A DNA stretch of 64,000 bases, from NCBI GenBank assembly GCA_963664215.1, contig OY761015.1. One strand, 5' to 3'. The DNA comes from Candidatus Poribacteria bacterium. GTDB taxonomy: Bacteria > Poribacteria > WGA-4E > WGA-3G. Below are positions 56,723 through 64,000 of this stretch, one piece after another. A model generated the notes under the pieces. The model made no database searches. It was not told where the DNA came from and saw nothing but the letters and a program-made list of their open reading frames with translations. The position numbers and the translations under genes are program-made. Position 1 is the stretch's first letter; the number at the start of each line of letters is the position of its first letter.

Positions 56723-58555
56723 TTATTTTATCACACTCAGAATCTTCTGGAGTAACTGGGCTTTTGGCTGCACGCCTCCAGAACGACTAACAGCCTTACC
56801 ACCTTGGAACACAATATAAGTAGGATGGGCCCTGACCTGATATTTCCCGGTTGTTTGTCGACTCTGAGCAACATTCATTTTCGCGACTGCAAACGTGTTC
56901 CGATTCTCTAAAGCAATTTGGGCGACAACTGGCGCCATCTGTTTACAGAACGGTCAGCCATCCTTCACAAACTCAACCACGACAGGTAGGTCTGCGTTAA
57001 GCACGAGGGAGTTAAACGTCGCATCTGTGACTTCAAAAGGAATGCCGGAGGTCTTAGGGGCAGTGGTGAACCGAATATCAATGTCGGTTGAGTTGCCAGC
57101 TGCATCACTGACTTTCCCCGCAATGACGTAGGTTATTTCGTTGCCGAGTTCTTTGCCTCTGACCAGTTCAAGCGTCCCTTTCTTGCCTTCAACTTTGCCA
57201 CGCCACCCCGCATCAACACCTGCTATGGTTCGCAGTACGATGTTGCCGGTTACTTCTTCGCTAAATTCAATTTGGATGGGGCCACCGAGGTGCAATGCTT
57301 CCGGATCAACGTCCTTGTCACCGTCATTGACGCTGCCGCTGGTAATTCTGGGTGCATCGGTGTCAGGTGCGGCGACGGTGTAATGGAGGGTCTGTTCACC
57401 ATCCGCCCAAGCGATTGTCAAAGCGAGGGGACCTGGATCGAAGGGACCCGTAATTCGCACCCGTTTGCCCGTGATTCGCGCCGTTCCTGTGTTGACAGTA
57501 ACGTCCTCTGGTGTGTTGTCAAAGGTAAGTGTGATGGTATCGTCGACAGCCAGTTCCGATTGAACTGCTGGATTTGCGCGCACGAACGCAGCGGGTGTTC
57601 TGATGGTGTAATTGAGCGTCTGGGTTCCATCTGCCCAAGCGACGGTCAAGACGAGTGCTCCTGGGTCGAAGGGACCTGCGATTTCCACAGTCTTGTCAGT
57701 GGCTGTAGCAGTGCCTGTACTCGCAGTAACGTCCTCTGGCGGATTATCAAAAATAAGTGTAATGGTATCGTCGACAGTGAGTTTTGAATCGGTTGCTGGA
57801 TTTGCGCGCACGAACGCAGCGGGTGTTCTGATGGTGTAATTGAGCGTCTGGGTTCCATCTGCCCAAGTGACCGTCAGTGTGAGTGCTCCTGGTTCGAAGG
57901 GACCCCTGATTGACACGGTTTTGTCGGTGACTGTAGCGACACCCGTACTCACTGTAACGTCTTCTGGTGGGTTGTCGAAGATAAGTGTGATGGTATCGTC
58001 TACAGCGATTTTAGAGTTGCCTGCTGGATTCGCGCTCACGAACGCTGCGAGGGGTCTGATGGCATAGTTGAGCGTTTCGGTTCCATCTACCCAAGTGACC
58101 GTCAGTGTGAGTGCTCCTGGTTCGAAGGGACCCCTGATTGACACGGTTTTGTCGGTGACTGTAGCGACACCTGTATTCACCGTAACGTCCTCTGGTATGT
58201 TGTCAAAGGTGAGGGTAATGGTATCGTCCACGGTCAACTGCGAGCCGATGACTGGATTCGCGTGAATGAACATTACAGGTGCGCTGACTGTTTGACCCAA
58301 ATGGCTTGCGACGCCGGTCAAGTCAAGTATATTGACGGTGCCGTCCCCGTTGACATCCGGGTTAGGGGTCTGATCTGCGGCGGGTGTCGTGCCGAAGTTT
58401 GCGGCGACAAGCGTCAGATCGAGAATGTTTATCACGCCATCGGCATTGACATCGGATGCTCTTAAGGCATCGAGATCCGCATCTTGTGTGTAGCCTACGG
58501 TTAAATGCGTGAGGAGTAAACAGGTCGTTAGAAATAAAAAGGTGATTTTTCTCAT
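56723..58555 (-). CDS. Probable selenoprotein: secreted dockerin-like repeat pair, then four Ig-like repeats, then a C-terminal thioredoxin-fold domain with a U-P-F-C motif (in-frame TGA at 56954-56956).
   Basis: The track splits this into ORFs 56954-58555 and 56723-56938, both in one frame around a single TGA. Read through, the protein is '...VVVEFVKDG-U-PFCKQMAPVVAQIALENRNTF...PTYIVF', aligning with the CxxC paralog 'VVVYFWADWCPPCKWMAPIIKEVASEYKETF...PTFIVF' at 60242-60985. Confidence 0.6.
57380..58290. repeat. Four tandem, near-identical 228-bp coding repeats (Ig-like modules) inside the selenoprotein gene.
   Basis: Periodic ORFs on the + strand at 57612, 57840 and 58068 with near-identical translations. 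The protein repeats '...TLTVTWxDGTxTLNYxIRxPAAFV'. Confidence 0.75.
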
Positions 58556-59169
58556 TTTTTCTCCTCCGTTTCTCCAATCTCTAAGATTCCGAGGATGCGT
58601 TGCACCAATTCAGCCTTAGGCATAGCTCCGATGAAGCCTTGAACAATTTCTCCATCTTTGAATACGATATAAGTGGGCGTTCCGCGAATGCGATATTCAG
58701 CGGTTTTCTCAGGTTGGGTATTTACATCCAACTTGACAAAGCTGAAGCTCTCTCGGTATTCCAATGCGACTTCTGCGACCACCGGGCGCATCAATATGCA
58801 AAAGGGTCAGGTATCGTCTTTAAATTCTACCACAATCGGTAGTTCAGAATCCAAGACGATGGTATCAAACGTTGCATCCGTGACTTCAAACGGGATACCC
58901 GATCTCTGACCAAAATGGCTTGCGACGCGAGTCAAATCGAGGATATTGACGGTGTTGTCCCCGTTGACATCCGGGTTAAGGGTTTGATCTGCAGTGGGTG
59001 TCGTACCGAGATGTGCGGCGACGAGTGTCAAATCAAGGATGTTTACCACGCCATCGATGTTGACATCAGATGCTTGTAGTTGTTCAAGGTTCGTCTCTTG
59101 TGTGTAGCCTACAGTGAAATTGGTCAGTATTAAACAGATCGTTAAAAATAAAAAGGTGATTTGTTTCAT
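58552..59169 (-). CDS. Probable selenoprotein: secreted dockerin-like repeat pair plus thioredoxin-fold domain with a U-P-F-C motif (in-frame TGA at 58807-58809).
   Basis: ORFs 58807-59169 and 58552-58794 are contiguous in one frame across a TGA. The protein reads '...IVVEFKDDT-U-PFCILMRPVVAEVALEYRESF...PTYIVF'. Confidence 0.6.
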
Positions 59170-59188
59170 CTATTTTTCCGTAGATGGT

Positions 59189-60229
59189 TTATGCTTGTGC
59201 CTTGTGCCATTCTTGAACCGCTTCGGGGATCGCTTGCAGATTTTCGATTGTCGTTTGAAGTGGGATCGCGCACTCGGGTCCGATGAGCGGTACGCCCGCA
59301 TCAAGGTTTTTGACGACCTCCGCTTTGACGTCTTCCGGTTCTTTAGAAAACAGCGTCTCTGGGTTATTGATATTGCCGACAAGGGCAATCCGCTCCTGAA
59401 CAATATCCATAGATTCCTGCGGTTCATTTTTAGAATCGAAGTGGAAGGCGGACATGCCGGTTTGCGCGATGTATTCCATTCTGTCAACCGTGCGACCACA
59501 AATGTGCAGGATTAAAGGGATAGGGATACGTTCAACAAATTCAATGTGGAGGTCTCGAAGGTAACGTTGGTAGTATTCGCCGCTGACAAGATCGCCTGTG
59601 GCGTGGTCGGGAAGTGTGAGTGCGTCGGCACCTGCCTCAATTTGTGCGACTCCGAACTGCACAGTGGCTTCCTTCATCCGATCGAGGGCGAGTTTCGTTT
59701 TACCGGGGTCGTCAAGTGAGAGCAACAGGAAGGGTTCAACCCCGAAGCAGTGATAACCGAGCGACCAGGGTCCCATCGTTTTACCGATAACAGCGACGTC
59801 ATCGCCGTATTCTTTTTTCAAGATTTTAATCGCTTCCAAGACGCACTGGGTGTCTGGGTGTGTCAAGAAGTCGTCCGGGACAACGATATCGTCAACATCT
59901 TCCCAGATCGGTTCTCGCATTCTCACGGTGGGCCAGTTGTCCTTCTGTTCCCACTGAATGTTGCAACCGAGTGCGCTGGATTCTTGGATAATCGTGAAAA
60001 CGGGCATAATGGTATCAAACCCGAGTTCGGTGTATCCGGTAGCGGCGAGGCGTGCCATGAGTTCCGGTTCCCGATTTGCCTGTGGGAAGGGCGCATCAAC
60101 GAGATCCATCAGTTCAACCGTAGCGACGGAGGTGGGATTACAGATAGGTGTTCGATCGGTCGGTTCGTTGTTAAGCGCGGCGAGCACCCGTTCACGACCT
60201 GTCATAGATTTAAGTGTTTGGTTCTGCAT
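59189..60229 (-). CDS. Uroporphyrinogen decarboxylase (URO-D)/MtaA-like methyltransferase family protein.
   Basis: 'GRERVLAALNNEPTDRTPI', 'GFDTIMP', and URO-D-family architecture. 346 aa. Confidence 0.7.
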   Translation of the reverse strand: MQNQTLKSMTGRERVLAALNNEPTDRTPICNPTSVATVELMDLVDAPFPQANREPELMARLAATGYTELGFDTIMPVFTIIQESSALGCNIQWEQKDNWPTVRMREPIWEDVDDIVVPDDFLTHPDTQCVLEAIKILKKEYGDDVAVIGKTMGPWSLGYHCFGVEPFLLLSLDDPGKTKLALDRMKEATVQFGVAQIEAGADALTLPDHATGDLVSGEYYQRYLRDLHIEFVERIPIPLILHICGRTVDRMEYIAQTGMSAFHFDSKNEPQESMDIVQERIALVGNINNPETLFSKEPEDVKAEVVKNLDAGVPLIGPECAIPLQTTIENLQAIPEAVQEWHKAQA

Positions 60230-60241
60230 CGTTGGGTTCCT

Positions 60242-60985
60242 TCAATTTGCTTCGGCGTTTATTGCTTGACGAATGCGATGGACGAGGCCGACTTTCTGCA
60301 TTCCACCGACGAACCGTCCAATTATCTTTCCATTTCTAAACACGATGAAAGTCGGAATCGCTTGAATCCGATATTTGTGGAAGGTCAGTCGATTTCTATC
60401 GGCGTCCAGCTTTGCGATGAGGAAAGTTTCCTTATATTCAGAGGCAACCTCTTTGATAATGGGTGCCATCCATTTGCAGGGCGGACACCAGTCTGCCCAA
60501 AAATAAACCACAACGGGTAACTCCGCTTCCATGACCCGTTCCGTGAAGTTTTCATCAGTGACATTAAAAGGAGACTGCGTTAGTTGTGGTGTGCTCTCCG
60601 TTTCTTTAACGGGCTCTTCGGCGTCTATAAATATGCTCGGAACGGGAGCTGTAACGGTATACGTGAGTGTTTGTTCACCATTTGCCCAAGTGATGGTGAG
60701 AGTAAGTTCACCTTCCGTGAAGGGTCCGTTGATCGTAATAGTTTTACCAAAAATAAGGGTTTTGCCTATTTTTCCAGTACTTGCCCGGACTGTTATATCT
60801 CCAGGTGCGTTATCAAAGTTAAGCGTGATGGTTCCATCTGCTGGAATCTTACCGTCTGCTGGGATCGCGCTCACCAATACTGCGACCGGGATTTCTGCGT
60901 CTTCATCGGAACTCGTGCAGCTAACTATATGGACAGCGAGTAAGGATACGATCACTATGGATAAGACTCTCAGAAAAAGATTCAT
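60242..60985 (-). CDS. Secreted thioredoxin-fold protein (CPPC active site) with one N-terminal Ig-like module; the Cys-containing paralog of the two TGA-containing genes.
   Basis: Signal peptide 'MNLFLRVLSIVIVSLLAV'. 'WADWCPPCKWMAPI' thioredoxin motif and 'AIPTFIVF' cis-Pro region. Confidence 0.75.
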   Translation of the reverse strand: MNLFLRVLSIVIVSLLAVHIVSCTSSDEDAEIPVAVLVSAIPADGKIPADGTITLNFDNAPGDITVRASTGKIGKTLIFGKTITINGPFTEGELTLTITWANGEQTLTYTVTAPVPSIFIDAEEPVKETESTPQLTQSPFNVTDENFTERVMEAELPVVVYFWADWCPPCKWMAPIIKEVASEYKETFLIAKLDADRNRLTFHKYRIQAIPTFIVFRNGKIIGRFVGGMQKVGLVHRIRQAINAEAN

Positions 60986-61272
60986 CCGAATTCCTCTTTC
61001 GCGAAGAATAACTATCTGCAATAATACCACAGATCTGTTTTAATTACCAGAGAAATGACAGACGGCGTTCAAGAGGGAAAGAAGAAAAAGATCACAAACG
61101 CTACGTGAAAAAGATATTTTGTCAGGCAATGATTTACAACTGTAGAAGGCTCTCCGATTCCGATTCTACCTCGTGACTCCCACAGTTTATGCTGCAGACA
61201 TATTGAAAAATCTACCACAATTCTGTTGACACGTCTGCACGAATAACGTATACTTTATGAAAAGGAAGACTA

Positions 61273-62901
61273 GTGGAGAAAAGGAACATGAGACGTTTTG
61301 GCACCGAAGGACGTTTGTATCTTGAGGATAATTATGTTGTCCCACGCACAGGAGAGACAACCGATTTCATTGATCGCGTCAAACAGGGCAAATACATCGT
61401 GCTTTTCGCACCGCGCCAGACGGGCAAAACGACCTTTTTTCGATTGGCACTTGAAGGACTCACGACTGAGGATTTAACCTACTTCCCAATCCAACTCAAC
61501 TTTGAGGAGTCCGAAGACGATACCGCTGCTGATTTTTACCGAGGTCTCTCCGAAGATATTCGTGAAGAAATAGAAACTGTTTTTCAAGGACGTGGCGAGG
61601 TACTGGCTGAAGCACTCATAAAATTTCTGAAGGACACCGAGATAACTGACCACAGAGCGATGAGAAGGTTTTTTGCCCAACTGGCTCGTTTTCTTGAGTC
61701 GCACTATGGAACTCAGCAGAAAGTTGTGCTTCTCATCGACGAATTTGATGCGATTCCACAGTCGGCTGTCAAGGGTTTTCTACGGTCGCTGCGCTATATT
61801 TACCTTTCCGGTAAGACGCGATGCCCCCACAGCGTCGGCATTGTCGGTGTCAAGAACATCGTCCAACTTGGCTACGACAGATCCATCTCTCCCTTCAATA
61901 TCCAGCAGGAATTTCATTTACCAAACTTCACATCTGAACAGGTCGAGGAACTGCTTTCGCAGTATACTGAAGAAGTCGGACAAGGGTTCGCGCCTGAGGT
62001 CGTCATGTCTATTCACAAACAGACTGCGGGTCAACCTGTACTTGTTAATCGGTTGGCGCAGATTCTGACTGAGGAGATGGACATCCCGAAAACTGAGACG
62101 ATTACGATGGAACACTGGACGGCGGCACATACACGGCTCCTTCACAGCAGGAACACGAACATTGAGCATCTGACAACAAATATCCGAAAAGACCCGCGTT
62201 TTGAGAAAGTCCTCATGAGAATCACGGCATCCGATGAGGGCGTACCGTTCAATCTACACGATGAAATCATCGATAAACTCACGACTTATGGAGTTATCTC
62301 CAAAGGTGCGGACGGTCTCTGTAATATTGCCAATCCGATCTATCTATATGCTATTTTGCAAGCGTTCAAGCCGACGGTGAACGGATTAGAGGCGGAATAC
62401 TTCCCTGAAGACGACCTCACGGGTTTCAGGGCGTATCTCACAGACACCGGACAAATCGCCATGGAGCCGTTGCTTGACAACTTCCGAGACTTCATCGCAC
62501 GGGCAGGCTTTCGGATCCTGCAAGTGCCACAGACGCCAAAAGAATCGGTTGGTCGTCACCTCCTCCTGGCGTATCTTGACCAGTTCGTGCAAACGATAGG
62601 AGGGAGTCTGTACCTGGAAGTCCAAACCGGGCGGGGTCGGATTGATGTTCTCATCACACACAACAGAGAAAAATATATCGTTGAAACAAAGATTTGGAGA
62701 GGTCAGGCACGCTATGAAGCCGGCAAACAACAACTCGCTGCCTACCTCACATCGGAAGGCACTGACACGGGCTACTACATCGTCTTCGATCACCGCCAAA
62801 ACCCTGAACCTCGCGCGGAGACTGAGACCCTAAACGGGTTAACACTCCGGAGTTATGTGATACCTGTGGTGCAAGAACGCCCGTCAATCACTTCAGAATG
62901 A
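61273..62901 (+). CDS. AAA-ATPase-like plus PD-(D/E)xK nuclease-like protein; second paralog.
   Basis: 'MRRFGTEGRLYLEDNYVVPR...IVLFAPRQTGKTTFF' and C-terminal 'GRGRIDVLITHNREKYIVETKIW'. About 60% identical to 42025-43647. Confidence 0.75.
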   Translation: MEKRNMRRFGTEGRLYLEDNYVVPRTGETTDFIDRVKQGKYIVLFAPRQTGKTTFFRLALEGLTTEDLTYFPIQLNFEESEDDTAADFYRGLSEDIREEIETVFQGRGEVLAEALIKFLKDTEITDHRAMRRFFAQLARFLESHYGTQQKVVLLIDEFDAIPQSAVKGFLRSLRYIYLSGKTRCPHSVGIVGVKNIVQLGYDRSISPFNIQQEFHLPNFTSEQVEELLSQYTEEVGQGFAPEVVMSIHKQTAGQPVLVNRLAQILTEEMDIPKTETITMEHWTAAHTRLLHSRNTNIEHLTTNIRKDPRFEKVLMRITASDEGVPFNLHDEIIDKLTTYGVISKGADGLCNIANPIYLYAILQAFKPTVNGLEAEYFPEDDLTGFRAYLTDTGQIAMEPLLDNFRDFIARAGFRILQVPQTPKESVGRHLLLAYLDQFVQTIGGSLYLEVQTGRGRIDVLITHNREKYIVETKIWRGQARYEAGKQQLAAYLTSEGTDTGYYIVFDHRQNPEPRAETETLNGLTLRSYVIPVVQERPSITSE

Positions 62902-63973
62902 GCATCCGCCGTGTCGCAGTGAAATCGCCTGCGGTGAGCGTATAGAAATAGACGCCACTCGCCACGGGTTCACCGGCTTCATTCTTCCCATCCCAATACG
63001 CCGCGCGGGCTCTGCTATGGTAAATCCCCGCAGGTTGATGTCCCAACGCCAATGTCCGCACTAACATTCCATTCACAGAATAGATGCGCAATATCACCTC
63101 CGCTGGCTTTGCCAACTGATACGGTATCCACGTTTCGGGGTTGAATGGGTTTGGATAGTTGGGTAATAGCGATGTTTCTTTGGGAATTAACGCCGCCAAC
63201 AGTTGTTCAAGTATCAGAATGCCTCGTTGAGAGGTAGCATCTGTGAGGGTTATCTGCTGTGCTTGCGTGAGCCACTGTCGCACATCTGCAGCGGTGAGTA
63301 TTTCCAATGTTTGAGGAAGTGCTGAGGGTGCGGCTGCACCAGCCCCCAGCTCGGCAGCAACTTTGACGAGATCGACAATATTGACAACACCATCGCCATT
63401 GACATCTGCGACATTTTGTCCTGTCTTTCCGAAGTTAGCCGATATCAATACCAGATCTAAGATGTTGACTATACCATCGCCGTTGACATCTTCAGACACT
63501 ACTGGGTCAGTTGGGGGTTTATAGACGGCGTTTACGTCCGCATCAATACCAACGAACATGCTCCACCAACCGCGCCAATTACTGACTTTCACAAGCAAGA
63601 GGTTATCCCCTTGTTTCAAATCAACTGTGAATTTGTCCTGAAAATCCTCTGCACCGCGATCTATAGGGTTGTTGTGGACAACTTCACCGTTGAGCCATAC
63701 CTTGATGGCATCATCACTGCCAGTTCTCATTGTAACATCGGACCGCGCTGTAGCGGATTCAAGCGTGATAAGGGCATAAGAGGAGTGATGTTCCACATTG
63801 CCGCTACCGAAGCCAATTTTATTCAGAAGGTCATTGACATTATTACCACCGGTTTCAGCAATCTTCGTAAGTGTCCACATATAATTACCGACTGCATCAC
63901 CTTCTCTGGCACCATTTGTTGTGACATCCGTCTCTGTTACAGCACCATTGCTAACTTCAGCAAGTGAATCCAC
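62888..63973 (-). CDS. Secreted protein with a LamG/jelly-roll-like N-region, dockerin-like repeats and a T9SS-type C-terminal sorting domain; the N-terminus may lie beyond the window end.
   Basis: 'DVNGDGIVNILDLVLI' and 'DVNGDGVVNIVDLVKV' dockerin-type repeats. C-terminal 'NYPNPFNPETWIPYQL...IYSVNGMLVRTL...GVYFYTL...RRMLILK' matches the Por secretion tail. Confidence 0.65.
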   Translation of the reverse strand: MDSLAEVSNGAVTETDVTTNGAREGDAVGNYMWTLTKIAETGGNNVNDLLNKIGFGSGNVEHHSSYALITLESATARSDVTMRTGSDDAIKVWLNGEVVHNNPIDRGAEDFQDKFTVDLKQGDNLLLVKVSNWRGWWSMFVGIDADVNAVYKPPTDPVVSEDVNGDGIVNILDLVLISANFGKTGQNVADVNGDGVVNIVDLVKVAAELGAGAAAPSALPQTLEILTAADVRQWLTQAQQITLTDATSQRGILILEQLLAALIPKETSLLPNYPNPFNPETWIPYQLAKPAEVILRIYSVNGMLVRTLALGHQPAGIYHSRARAAYWDGKNEAGEPVASGVYFYTLTAGDFTATRRMLILK

Positions 63974-64000
63974 ATTTATGGAATTTGCGCCACCTTGCCC

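Noticed and set aside
56954-56956. In-frame TGAs (here and at 58807-58809) as evidence for an alternative genetic code (UGA=Trp or Gly), or for pseudogenes.
   Set aside because: Other genes in the window terminate with TGA, for example 7682-7684 and 48473-48478. Only these two homologous positions are affected. They align with a Cys in the third paralog while flanking codons diverged. Selenocysteine is the more economical explanation.
57141-58465. Plus-strand ORFs 57272-57787, 57612-57839, 57840-58067, 58068-58265 and 58262-58465.
   Set aside because: They are antisense to the selenoprotein gene. Their periodicity simply mirrors the 228-bp tandem repeats of the sense frame.

Overview
The window is a 64-kb chromosomal stretch from an uncultured Gram-negative-type bacterium, with about 50% GC. 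Inferred from gene content, not proven: T9SS-type C-terminal sorting domain, dockerin-like repeats, and many ankyrin, TPR, PhyH, DUF1080 and FGE-sulfatase genes point to a Poribacteria-like lineage or another FCB/PVC-group or candidate phylum. Housekeeping and cell-envelope genes include an S41 peptidase, an LpxL-family acyltransferase, mutY, hisC, ispG, uppP, a GT4 glycosyltransferase and a polysaccharide deacetylase. They are interleaved with three accessory blocks.

1. Conserved MoxR cluster (5.0-14.3 kb). It carries DUF4129, DUF4350, MoxR, DUF58, a SpoIIM-like protein and an RDD protein. A P-II-like gene is embedded in it, and a shared upstream sequence motif precedes several of its genes.

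2. Defence-island-like region (23.8-37.0 kb). An ISAs1-family IS with a 10-bp target duplication has inserted just upstream of an Ssp/Dnd-like module. That module is DUF4007, a 1165-aa P-loop ATPase, and a PAPS-reductase-family ATP pyrophosphatase. It is followed by an uncharacterised 823-aa GHKL (Bergerat-fold) ATPase in the position where a phosphorothioate-sensing effector would sit. A separate three-gene operon of unknown function lies next to it, ending in a PIN-like protein and a Walker-A NTPase.

3. Thioredoxin-fold cluster (56.7-61.0 kb). Three secreted multidomain thioredoxin-fold proteins are present. Two have an in-frame TGA exactly where the third paralog has the first Cys of its CxxC motif, so they are probable selenoproteins with a UxxC motif. 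One of them contains four 228-bp tandem repeats.

Also notable: three tandem copies of a PhyH-family dioxygenase, a REP-associated tyrosine transposase (RAYT) flanked by its REP array, and at least four dispersed families of hairpin (REP-like) repeats. No rRNA, tRNA or CRISPR-cas was seen.
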